NCBI GenBank assembly: GCA_938003875.1
Contig: CALKWO010000414.1
Location: forward strand, 8,565 to 72,564
From: an uncultured bacterium
Lineage (GTDB): Bacteria; Planctomycetota; Uabimicrobiia; Uabimicrobiales; JABWCH01
DNA length: 64,000 nucleotides
Reading direction: 5' to 3'
A model generated the notes under the pieces. The model did no database searches. It saw only the letters and a list, made by a program, of their open reading frames with translations, and was not told the DNA's origin. Made by a program: the position numbers and the translations under genes. Below are positions 53,229 to 61,808 of the stretch, one piece after another. How positions within the stretch are numbered: position 1 is the stretch's first letter; each line of letters starts with the position of its first letter.

Positions 53229-53290
53229 TGCAAAATGGAGTAGATGCTATTGCCATAGCACTACTCATTTTGCACAGGATCATTTTGACC
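53229..53290 (+). repeat. Cassette-flanking hairpin, copy 2
   Basis: Stem TGCAAAAT[G]GAGTAG (53229-53243) / CTACTCATTTTGCA (53261-53274) with a bulged G at the same distance from the loop. Loop ATGCTATTGCCATAGCA, tail CAGGATCATTTTG. Confidence 0.8.
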
Positions 53291-53329
53291 AATACAAAAA
53301 ATTTCAAATATAATTTCCAAGGAATACGT

Positions 53330-53397
53330 AAAAAAAATAGCCACAGAGTACAAAGTATATCAAAATAAAGTTTTTCGTCTCTGTGGCGTAATTTTTT
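53330..53397. repeat. Word-family hairpin (CCACAGAG), terminator-like
   Basis: A8, TAGCCACAGAG, 30-nt A/T loop ending AAAGTTTTTC (like the loop of the 15.6-kb copy), then CTCTGTGGCGTAATTTTTT. Confidence 0.7.
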
Positions 53398-53413
53398 CTT
53401 ATATAAAGTTAGC

Positions 53414-53447
53414 TAACGTGAATGAGGCAAGGCCCGTATTCACGTTA
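53414..53447. promoter_or_regulatory. Perfect 10-bp inverted repeat just upstream of clpC (candidate operator or leader hairpin)
   Basis: TAACGTGAAT (53414-53423), 14 nt, ATTCACGTTA (53438-53447). It lies 45 nt upstream of the clpC ATG at 53492. Confidence 0.35.
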
Positions 53448-53491
53448 TGGTTTTTATAAAAATACAGGAAATGGGAAGGACAAGGAATAGT

Positions 53492-55975
53492 ATGTTTGAA
53501 CGCTTTACTGAACGAGCGCGGAAGGTAATGAGCCTTGCAAGGCAGGAAGCCATGAGGCTAAACCATGAATACATTGGAACAGAGCATATTCTTTTAGGAC
53601 TCATACAAGAAGGGAGTGGCGTTGCTGCAAATGTCTTGAAAAATATGGATTTGGAATTACGAAAGATCCGTATGGAAGTAGAAAAATTGGTCACCAACAC
53701 TTCCAATGTCTTGCAGATGGGACAGCTTCCCTTCACTCCACGGGCTAAAAAGGTACTGGAGCTGGCTTTAGAAGAAGCAAACAATCTTGGCCATAATTAT
53801 ATTGGCACTGAGCATCTTCTATTGGGGTTACTCAGAGAAAATGAGAGTGTTGCTTCCCAGGTTCTTATGAATTTAGGATTAAAACTGGAAGAAGTGCGAG
53901 AAGAGGTATTGGAATTTTTAGGAGCAGAATACCAGGCCAGTCAGGCAGAAAAAAGTGTCACTGCATCTAAATCCAAAACACCCGCACTAGATGCTTTTGG
54001 ACGAGATTTAACAGAACTGGCACGGGCGCAAAAATTAGACCCTGTAATTGGAAGACAACGAGAGATAGAAAGAGTGATCCAGATTTTGTCGCGAAGAACA
54101 AAAAACAATCCTGTTCTATTGGGTGAAGCTGGTGTTGGTAAGACCGCTATTGTAGAAGGCCTTGCACAGCAAGTCGTCCATGGTGATGTGCCAGAATTGC
54201 TTAGAGATCGCCGTATCGTTGTACTGGATCTTGCCATGATGGTTGCGGGGACTAAATACAGGGGGCAATTCGAAGAGAGAATCAAGGCTGTTATGGCGGA
54301 AGTCAAACGGTCTAAAAATATCATCATTTTTATAGACGAACTGCATACTCTTGTAGGAGCTGGCGGCGCAGAAGGAGCGATAGATGCTTCGAACGTTCTC
54401 AAGCCTGCTCTTTCCAGAGGAGAAATCCAGTGCATTGGAGCAACCACTCTGGATGAATATAGAAAATATATAGAAAAAGATGGTGCACTGGAAAGAAGAT
54501 TCCAGTCTATTGTTGTAGAACCACCAACCACACAGGAAACTTTGCAGATTCTTATGGGGCTGAGAGATAAATATGAAGCCCATCATCGTGTAGGAATCCG
54601 CGAAGATGCACTAAAAATGGCTGTAGAACTTGCTGATCGCTATATTACAGGGCGATATTTTCCAGACAAGGCCATTGACGTTATAGATGAAGCAGGTGCC
54701 AGAGTAAGGCTGAAAGCCATGACAAAACCACCTGATCTTAAAGAACTGGATGAAACTATTTTAAAGCTGGACAAAGAAAAAGAAGAAGCAGTAGCCAACC
54801 AGGATTTTGAAAGAGCAGCCCGCTTCCGTGATTCTATGACAAAGCACAGAAGGAAGCGAGAGGACATTCATAGAGAATGGCGCGAAAAGATGAAAGTTTT
54901 TGAGGGAATAGTAGATGCTGATGTCGTATGCGAAACAGTTTCCAATATGACAGGCATTCCTCTGACAAGATTGGAAAAAAATGAGGCTGAGCGTCTGCTG
55001 AAAATGGAAGAAGACCTGAAAGTTTCTGTTGTAAGCCAGGAAGAAGCCATCGCTGCTATTGCAAAAGCAATCAGAAGGAGCAGAACTGGGCTCAAAGATC
55101 CAAGAAGGCCTATGGGCAGCTTTGTATTTCTTGGCCCAACAGGTGTCGGTAAAACTCATCTGGCAAAAACATTGGCTAAGTTCATGTTTGGTCAGGAAGA
55201 ATCCCTGGTTGTCGTAGACATGAGCGAATATATGGAAAAGCATAATGTAAGCCGCCTGACAGGTGCCCCTCCTGGATATATCGGCTATGAAGAAGGCGGT
55301 CAGTTGACAGAAAAGATTCGCCGCCGACCTTATGCTGTAGTTTTATTGGATGAAATCGAAAAAGCACATCCTGATGTTTTCAATATGCTTTTACAAATCA
55401 TGGATGAAGGCCGTCTTACGGATTCGTTTGGCCGCCATGTGGATTTCAAGAATGTCATCATGATTATGACATCGAATATCGGTGCCAGGCAAATCAAAAA
55501 CCAGACATCTCTTGGATTCCGAATTTCTACGGATGAAGTGACTTATGAAAAAATGAAAGAGCAATTGCTCAAGGAAATGGAAAAGCATTTTCGGCCAGAG
55601 TTTATCAATCGCCTGGATGATATTATTGTTTTTAAACCTCTGAATAAGGGGGATATTCATAAAATACTCGATATTGAATTAAAAAATTTAAAAGAAAGGA
55701 TGAAGAACAAATTCATTACATTGGAACTGACTTCCGAAGCAAAAGACTTTCTTGTAGAAAAAGGCTTTGACCCTGATTTTGGGGCAAGACCTCTTAAGAG
55801 AGCAATCGAAAAATTTTTGGAAGATCCTATTTCTGAAGATCTACTCAAGGGAAAATTCGCGGATTCTAACTGTATTATGGTATCTCACAAAGAAGACCAT
55901 CTTGAATTTACTCCTGAATTTCATCCTGAGCTAGAAATAAAGAGCGAGCCTGAGAAAATGAAAAAGGCAAACTAG
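53492..55975 (+). CDS. clpC: ATP-dependent Clp protease ATP-binding subunit ClpC
   Basis: MFERFTERARKV start. Two Clp_N repeats (HEYIGTEHILLGL, HNYIGTEHLLLGL). Walker A GEAGVGKTA and GPTGVGKTH. UVR-like linker (NQDFERAARFRD). Confidence 0.95.
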   Translation: MFERFTERARKVMSLARQEAMRLNHEYIGTEHILLGLIQEGSGVAANVLKNMDLELRKIRMEVEKLVTNTSNVLQMGQLPFTPRAKKVLELALEEANNLGHNYIGTEHLLLGLLRENESVASQVLMNLGLKLEEVREEVLEFLGAEYQASQAEKSVTASKSKTPALDAFGRDLTELARAQKLDPVIGRQREIERVIQILSRRTKNNPVLLGEAGVGKTAIVEGLAQQVVHGDVPELLRDRRIVVLDLAMMVAGTKYRGQFEERIKAVMAEVKRSKNIIIFIDELHTLVGAGGAEGAIDASNVLKPALSRGEIQCIGATTLDEYRKYIEKDGALERRFQSIVVEPPTTQETLQILMGLRDKYEAHHRVGIREDALKMAVELADRYITGRYFPDKAIDVIDEAGARVRLKAMTKPPDLKELDETILKLDKEKEEAVANQDFERAARFRDSMTKHRRKREDIHREWREKMKVFEGIVDADVVCETVSNMTGIPLTRLEKNEAERLLKMEEDLKVSVVSQEEAIAAIAKAIRRSRTGLKDPRRPMGSFVFLGPTGVGKTHLAKTLAKFMFGQEESLVVVDMSEYMEKHNVSRLTGAPPGYIGYEEGGQLTEKIRRRPYAVVLLDEIEKAHPDVFNMLLQIMDEGRLTDSFGRHVDFKNVIMIMTSNIGARQIKNQTSLGFRISTDEVTYEKMKEQLLKEMEKHFRPEFINRLDDIIVFKPLNKGDIHKILDIELKNLKERMKNKFITLELTSEAKDFLVEKGFDPDFGARPLKRAIEKFLEDPISEDLLKGKFADSNCIMVSHKEDHLEFTPEFHPELEIKSEPEKMKKAN

Positions 55976-56021
55976 GATACAAGTTTATCCCAATGTAAAA
56001 TTTTTGACTAAAATAAGGATT

Positions 56022-56360
56022 ATGGAAGCTAAAGAACTCGTTTTAAAAATTGTAAAAATATTAGATGAAAACAAAGGCAATGATATTGCAGTACTTCATC
56101 TCACAGAGCAGGTCGCTATCAGTGATTATTTTGTTATTTGCTCTGGCCTTACACAAAAGCATGTACAGGCACTTGCTGATAAAATCGAAGTAGAATTAAA
56201 GAAAGACAGTATCTATAATTATGGAAAAGAAGGTTATAGAGAAGGTAAATGGGTTTTGCTGGACTATGGCGATGCTGTAGTTCATCTTTATCAAGAAGAA
56301 ATACGTAAATACTATGATTTAGAAGGATTCTGGGGTGATGCACCCAGGCTTACTCTATAA
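56022..56360 (+). CDS. rsfS: Ribosome silencing factor RsfS
   Basis: ATG 56022 with AAGGA upstream; the ORF opens at TTG 56004. DIAVLHL..DYFVICSG.., HVQALAD, WVLLDYGDAVVH. Confidence 0.88.
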   Translation: MEAKELVLKIVKILDENKGNDIAVLHLTEQVAISDYFVICSGLTQKHVQALADKIEVELKKDSIYNYGKEGYREGKWVLLDYGDAVVHLYQEEIRKYYDLEGFWGDAPRLTL

Positions 56361-56373
56361 AAAGGAATATTTT

Positions 56374-57690
56374 ATGAAAAGCATTTTCCTTGTTCTTTGT
56401 ATTTTTTGTGCAGCCAGCGTCTGGTGTACAGACCAGTTGGACTATGAGCCTTGTAAAATATTGACAGAAAAAGATGGACTCTTGTATTGGGAACGTTCTG
56501 AAGCCTATCGCGATAAACATAGTGCTTTTGGGCGGGAAAAGATTTTGGATGTTTCTAAAATCAAAAATCCTCAAGTATTAAATGCTTTCCCTGCTGATCT
56601 TTATAAAGATGATACAAGCGATGCCTCTGTTATGGTACTTTTCAGTGCTCCTGGCTGGAATTTCCATACCAAGACACCTGTTCTTCTAATACACGGGGCA
56701 GGAGATGATCCAAATCGTGCCTGGGTTCATCCCTATTCTCTGACAACACCTGAGAGCGTTCCTGAGGCTGCTCAGGGTTTTATGCAACGCTTTTCTAATG
56801 CAGGTTTTCCTGTTTTTGCCGTTGGTTTTTCTCATCATCATGGCTGCAATTATAAACAAGCAGAGCAAATTCACAATGCTATCCAGATTATCAAGAAAAA
56901 AACACGGTCTGATAAGGTACATATTTTAGCCCATTCCAAAGGCAATTGCGCAGCTTCTATCTATGTTTCAGGCGGAAAAGATGTAAATCCTGAGCTATTT
57001 TCCTTCCTTTCTCCTTTTAAAAAAGATGTAGCTCAATACATCCAGATTGGCCCAGGGAACAAGGGAATTGACATTATCTTCCGATACTATCTAGGCAATG
57101 TCTATTCTCTTTCCAATAAACTTTCTTCTCCTGTTTGCTTCTATCGTGCAGTATACTATGGAATGTGGACAGATTTCTATGAAAAAGATATCTATAAAGG
57201 CAATCCTGGAAAAGAAATAGGAAACTATTTCCCCGGCCAATGCCAGTTGGTAAATAATCTGGTAGACGATGGCCTGGATTTTTCCAGCTATAGCTACACT
57301 CCTATTGATTTCAACTTGACCATGAAGGCATGCTACTATGGCGGGACAACCATGTATGTCCAGTGTTATGGAATTGACCATTCTATGAAAGAAGGCGGAT
57401 ATACCATCAAAAGGCTCAATGAAAAAGGCATGGACCCCAGCGTTTCCCTAATCAATATCTATGGAACGAATCCTGTTATCCAGGAAATAGATTTAGGCTT
57501 CATAAAAATCCCCATCGGCGTTTCCGATCATCCTAGCGATGGCCTGGTGTATAGCCACAGTGCATCCTATATCAAAGGACATCTTTCTCGTGGTGCAAAG
57601 CTTACTGCCCAAAAAGCCTTCCATCTGAATCATTTTGGCATAGCCATGAAACCCGAAGTCTTCAGTTGGCTGGAAAAGCTATTAGAATAA
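56374..57690 (+). CDS. Secreted alpha/beta-hydrolase (lipase-like)
   Basis: ATG 56374 (AAAGGAA RBS). Signal peptide MKSIFLVLCIFCAASVWC. LLIHGAGDD and nucleophile elbow ILAHSKGN. Confidence 0.75.
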   Translation: MKSIFLVLCIFCAASVWCTDQLDYEPCKILTEKDGLLYWERSEAYRDKHSAFGREKILDVSKIKNPQVLNAFPADLYKDDTSDASVMVLFSAPGWNFHTKTPVLLIHGAGDDPNRAWVHPYSLTTPESVPEAAQGFMQRFSNAGFPVFAVGFSHHHGCNYKQAEQIHNAIQIIKKKTRSDKVHILAHSKGNCAASIYVSGGKDVNPELFSFLSPFKKDVAQYIQIGPGNKGIDIIFRYYLGNVYSLSNKLSSPVCFYRAVYYGMWTDFYEKDIYKGNPGKEIGNYFPGQCQLVNNLVDDGLDFSSYSYTPIDFNLTMKACYYGGTTMYVQCYGIDHSMKEGGYTIKRLNEKGMDPSVSLINIYGTNPVIQEIDLGFIKIPIGVSDHPSDGLVYSHSASYIKGHLSRGAKLTAQKAFHLNHFGIAMKPEVFSWLEKLLE

Positions 57691-57700
57691 TCCCATTTCC

Positions 57701-57743
57701 CCATAATGCTGTCAACTTCAGGAAGTTGACAGCATTATGGGCT
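57701..57743. other. Perfect 20-bp stem / 3-nt loop palindrome
   Basis: CCCATAATGCTGTCAACTTC, AGG, GAAGTTGACAGCATTATGGG. It lies 10 nt after the lipase stop, with no adjacent T-run on either strand. Confidence 0.9.
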
Positions 57744-57877
57744 TGGTATGCACAAGCCTTTCCGTCTAAATAGATAAACTCTTTTGATTTTCTGGCTTGA
57801 CATATTAGCAGGGAAAAAATATACTAAAGAAAATTTTATTTAAATAAAAAGAATCCTTTTTCGGAAACTAGCTAAGA

Positions 57878-59098
57878 ATGAATACGAAAATTCTGTCCTT
57901 AAACTGTACTTTAACCTTACAAAGTAAAGCATTACCCAAAGAATATCCTGATGTCCTCTTGATAGACCCGATAGATGCAATCTCTGTTGCTCCCTGGGTA
58001 TTTTGCTCACCTAGGGGAAATATGCTTAAAGGAGATGATTTTAGTAATCTTGCTTATGCCATCCAGAGTCTGAAAGTCTGGCTGGATGGTTTTCTAAACC
58101 AGGGAGGTATTGTTGTTGTAATACTAAGGCCATACACTTGCTTTTCTCACGCCAACCACCCTGACATGAAAATTGGAAACTATGACTGGCTATGGGAAGA
58201 AGCGGGGCAAGATTCTAATCTTATGATCCAAACAAACGCACATGATATTGTAGATATTACAGAATATGGATCGGATTCCCCCTTTAACGATTATCTCCAG
58301 GAAAAGCTTTGCTATGAAGTTGCTGCTGAGGGTAATCTATATTCTTTAGCTATCAACCGTTTTCGAAAATCTCTGGCTTTTTTTCTAATCCAGAACAAAG
58401 GCAAAATTGTATTTTTGCCCAGGACAAGAACCCAATCAGGAAAAAAATCTCTTCTGCAAGCTATAGATGCTTCTCTGAATAAAGAAAACTGGCCAGAGAT
58501 AGAAATCATCAAAGAAGTAAGACCTAAATGGATAGCAGAGTATTCTTTACCAGAAAGTGCTATTTTAGAAGATATTTTGTCAGAAAAAGAATCTAAAATT
58601 GCTTTTTTAGAAGAAGAGTGTGAAGAAATTCATGAAAAACTCTGTCATTTTACACAACTACGCAATGCTTTATTCTGTTGCAATCCCAGCACAATGGGCA
58701 ATGCCCTGACCTCTATCCTTGTGCAATGGGGCATGGAAGTTTACCCTAAAGGGCAGGTATTGGAAGTCGTTTCAGGAAGTCAAAAAGGATTCATTTTAGT
58801 TTCTGTATGCAAAAAAGCAGCGGAGTTGTGGCGGGCTAAAAAATTGCTAAGAATTCTACCTCCTCATTATAAAGGCATTCTTGTTGTAAATTCTTATTGC
58901 CATGAGCATCCTAAAAAAAGGCCTGCGGCTTTATATTCCTCTTCCTTTGTGGATTTTGCGAAAGAACACAATTTTTCTATCGTCAATATATGCGATATCA
59001 TTAAAGCTCACCAGATGGGAGATAAGCAACTTATGGAGGAAATATGGAATGGTAGAGGGATTGTGACAAAATTAGGAAATTGCCTGGAAAATTTATAG
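57878..59098 (+). CDS. Hypothetical cytoplasmic protein (three-part: N-domain, short coiled coil, C-domain)
   Basis: 406-aa ORF with no signal peptide and no P-loop. The central ILSEKESKIAFLEEECEEIHEKL looks coiled-coil. Any nuclease-fold resemblance of the C-terminal 130 aa is a guess. Confidence 0.65.
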   Translation: MNTKILSLNCTLTLQSKALPKEYPDVLLIDPIDAISVAPWVFCSPRGNMLKGDDFSNLAYAIQSLKVWLDGFLNQGGIVVVILRPYTCFSHANHPDMKIGNYDWLWEEAGQDSNLMIQTNAHDIVDITEYGSDSPFNDYLQEKLCYEVAAEGNLYSLAINRFRKSLAFFLIQNKGKIVFLPRTRTQSGKKSLLQAIDASLNKENWPEIEIIKEVRPKWIAEYSLPESAILEDILSEKESKIAFLEEECEEIHEKLCHFTQLRNALFCCNPSTMGNALTSILVQWGMEVYPKGQVLEVVSGSQKGFILVSVCKKAAELWRAKKLLRILPPHYKGILVVNSYCHEHPKKRPAALYSSSFVDFAKEHNFSIVNICDIIKAHQMGDKQLMEEIWNGRGIVTKLGNCLENL

Positions 59099-59109
59099 AG
59101 GAAAAAATC

Positions 59110-59985
59110 ATGAAAAAAATAAGCAAACTTTCTCTTATTTCCCTTTTTTTATTGAGCCTTATTTTTGCTGGTATTCTAAGCCAGCAAAGCATAATGGCAG
59201 AAATGCAGGAAAGCTCTTATCTAAAGCTAGCTTCCTGGAATATTCGAATTCTTAGTAACAGCAGAACGGATGAAGATCTTCGGATGATTTGCAATGTAGC
59301 CAAAAAATTCGACTTTATTTCCGTAGTAGAACTCAGAGACGAGCTGGTTCTCAAACGTCTGGTTGCGATCATGAAGAATGAATTTGGAAAAACTTACGAC
59401 TATGAAGTCAGCACTCCTGTAGGCAGTGCCACACAAAAAGAATTGTATGCTTTTCTCTACGATACCAGCTTGTTAAGAGTCGTCACTCCTGGGAAAATAT
59501 TTGAGGATACGACTTTTCTGCGTAAACCTTATTATGCTACATTCCGTTCTCGTGAATTTGATTTTACGGTAATCGTGACACATATTATATGGGGTAATTC
59601 TGTAACAGAGAGAAGAAAAGAAATCAATCGTCTTGCCATAGTTTATCAGATGATACAAGATGCAGACCCTCATGAAAATGACATTATTCTAGTAGGGGAT
59701 TACAACAGAGAGCCTGATGATGATCTGGCATGGGGTCCTTTGCGTTCTCTGACGGGCATGATCAATCTTTTTCAACTCCCTGAAAAAAGTATGATATGGG
59801 ACAGCAACCTCTATGATAATATCTGGTTTCAAAGCCATTATGTAAGAGAGTATACCCTGGATCGTGGGATTATCCATTTTGATGAAACAGACTTTGGCAA
59901 TGATGATAAAGCTGCATCCAAAGCCGTTTCAGACCATCGCCCAGTTTGGGCTTTATTCAACACAAACGGCCCAGACGACGATTAG
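59110..59985 (+). CDS. Secreted DNase I-like endonuclease/exonuclease/phosphatase (EEP) family protein
   Basis: ATG 59110 (GAGGA RBS) and a signal peptide. Collinear with DNase I blocks: LKLASWNIRILS, FDFISVVELRD, YDYEVSTPVG...KELYAFLYD, FTVIVTHIIW, IILVGDYNRE, VSDHRPVWALF. Confidence 0.85.
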   Translation: MKKISKLSLISLFLLSLIFAGILSQQSIMAEMQESSYLKLASWNIRILSNSRTDEDLRMICNVAKKFDFISVVELRDELVLKRLVAIMKNEFGKTYDYEVSTPVGSATQKELYAFLYDTSLLRVVTPGKIFEDTTFLRKPYYATFRSREFDFTVIVTHIIWGNSVTERRKEINRLAIVYQMIQDADPHENDIILVGDYNREPDDDLAWGPLRSLTGMINLFQLPEKSMIWDSNLYDNIWFQSHYVREYTLDRGIIHFDETDFGNDDKAASKAVSDHRPVWALFNTNGPDDD

Positions 59986-59993
59986 CATCTATG

Positions 59994-60070
59994 GATCAAA
60001 GACGCAGGGATTGCGCTGGTGTCAGGCCTTTTGAGCAGACAACTTTTTCAGCGCAACCCTCCGACTATAA
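59994..60070 (-). repeat. REP/MITE-like element (copy 4)
   Basis: GATCAAAGACGCAGGGATTGCGCTGGTGTCAGGCCTTTTGAGCAGACAACTTTTTCAGCGCAACCCTCCGACTATAA aligns along its length with the reverse complement of copy 1. Confidence 0.85.
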
Positions 60071-60085
60071 AGAAGAAAATTCGCT

Positions 60086-61795
60086 ATGGAAAACAACCAA
60101 AATGTTTCCCAAAAAAAACAAGTGTTCTGGGTTACTATTCTTATAGTATTTTTAGTTTGTGGGATTTTTTTAAGAAGCTATTCTTTATCTAGCCGAAGTT
60201 TGGAGTATGATGAGATTTGGACACTCCAAAAGTACGCAAAAGAAAACATACTGACCATTTTTACAGACTTAAGCCTTCCAAACAACCATCCTCTGCATAC
60301 CCTGGCAGTATCCAGAAGTATACAAATATTCGGGGAATCCGAATTCAGCATCCGATTTCCTGCTTTTCTTGCAGGATGCGTTCTCTTGCTTTCCATTCCT
60401 TTTAGCCTCTTTGCAGCAAAGAAATCTTTCACTACGATACTTTTGGCTACAGCATGGATTGCTTTTTCACCACCTCTCATCCATTATTCCCAGACAGCCC
60501 GTGGCTATTCTTTGCAAATCCTTCTCATTTTTCTCCATGCGCTTTGTCTTTGGGAAAGTTTCCACAAAAAATCTTTGAATCTATATTGGAGTATGGTCGT
60601 CCTGGGTATTCTTTCTGTCCTCACCATGCCTACTAGCTTTCTATATATTTTCCCTGCAACATTTTATGCTATTATTGGTTTAAGTCTATCCTGGAAAAAA
60701 ACCGTTTTTTTTAAAAAATTTTTATGGGAAAATAAAGGCATTCTTCTTTCGCACGCTGTGCTCATAATCCTGATAAGCCTCTGGCTTTTTTTCAATCTCT
60801 CTCAGTTCCAGGCAGGACAAATATATGGTACTTTTGAGTGGAATACATTCTTTCTGGATGGCTTTTCTATATTCAAAGCCTTATTTCCTTTGCCTCTCAT
60901 GCCCTTCTTTCTGCTTTCTTTTATAAAAGCAGAGACGCGCAAGAATGCTCTATTTTTTCTCTCTCTATGCCTTTTTGTTTTTTTTACGGCACCTCTTGTA
61001 AAATGGGGGCCTTCACGGGTCTATCTCTATCTTGTGGTATTCTATTTTTTATCTTGTGCAGAAGGAGGAAAATATCTCTTTAATATTCCATTCCGCTATC
61101 GTTTTTTGGTATATTCTTTAGGAATAATTTTATGTATTTTCCCTTTTTATAATATTATTGAAAAAATAGAAAACTTTAGAAGTTGTAAAGATTGGAAAAA
61201 TATTTTACCGCAATTGGAAAAAATCTATCCCAAGAATGTTTATTGTATTTATCCTATCCATGAAACCTATACGATTCAATACTATTTTTTCCCAGAAATC
61301 AATGTTTCTTTATTAGAGCGCATTCCTGTTGGAGATACACATTTTTTGGCTGTTTTTAAAGAAAAAAATATTTTCAGTGCTGAACGTAAAAATGATGAAG
61401 TAGTTATTATAGACACGTCTTCTATCTTATCCCATAGACAGACAGAAATGGATATTCAGGCAGATATCTTTGCTTTAAAAAAAATAGACGCAAAAGATAG
61501 AATTTTAGATTCATATATACTTCCAGGCATTTGGATTCTTGCAATAGGGCCATGCAGTGAGCATCCCAAAGTTATAGGGGATGCCATCGAAAATCTGGAT
61601 TATTCCTGGTGCTTTTTGAATCTTTTTTTATCACATGCTATTCAGAATAAAGAGGGAAGCTGGATAAGCGGAGAAGTCCTCGTTGCCCAGAATCCTCCTT
61701 CGCAGCCTATCCGAAAAATTTTGTCCAATCCTATTTTTCGGCTCTACCGAGTTGAATCTCTAAAGCATTTTAAACTTCACCAGGCTAAATTCTAG
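60086..61795 (+). CDS. Glycosyltransferase family 39 (ArnT/PMT-like) membrane protein
   Basis: 569 aa with more than ten TM helices. First-loop YDEIWT motif. The architecture is typical of GT-C mannosyl/arabinosyl transferases. Confidence 0.75.
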   Translation: MENNQNVSQKKQVFWVTILIVFLVCGIFLRSYSLSSRSLEYDEIWTLQKYAKENILTIFTDLSLPNNHPLHTLAVSRSIQIFGESEFSIRFPAFLAGCVLLLSIPFSLFAAKKSFTTILLATAWIAFSPPLIHYSQTARGYSLQILLIFLHALCLWESFHKKSLNLYWSMVVLGILSVLTMPTSFLYIFPATFYAIIGLSLSWKKTVFFKKFLWENKGILLSHAVLIILISLWLFFNLSQFQAGQIYGTFEWNTFFLDGFSIFKALFPLPLMPFFLLSFIKAETRKNALFFLSLCLFVFFTAPLVKWGPSRVYLYLVVFYFLSCAEGGKYLFNIPFRYRFLVYSLGIILCIFPFYNIIEKIENFRSCKDWKNILPQLEKIYPKNVYCIYPIHETYTIQYYFFPEINVSLLERIPVGDTHFLAVFKEKNIFSAERKNDEVVIIDTSSILSHRQTEMDIQADIFALKKIDAKDRILDSYILPGIWILAIGPCSEHPKVIGDAIENLDYSWCFLNLFLSHAIQNKEGSWISGEVLVAQNPPSQPIRKILSNPIFRLYRVESLKHFKLHQAKF

Positions 61796-61808
61796 AGGAA
61801 TAAAAGCT

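Noticed and set aside
51834-53290. Integron gene cassette with attC sites
   Set aside because: The hairpins have bulged bases and covarying stems like attC. However, I see no RYYYAAC/GTTRRRY core pair, no intI integrase or attI in the window, and only two copies. It is kept as a hypothesis in the findings and not called as a feature.
59946-60146. ORF 59946..60146 (+) and ORF 30273..30515 (-), which share the peptide DQRRRDC(A/S)GV
   Set aside because: The shared peptide is simply the translation of the REP/MITE-like element. The ORFs span intergenic repeats and overlap real gene ends.
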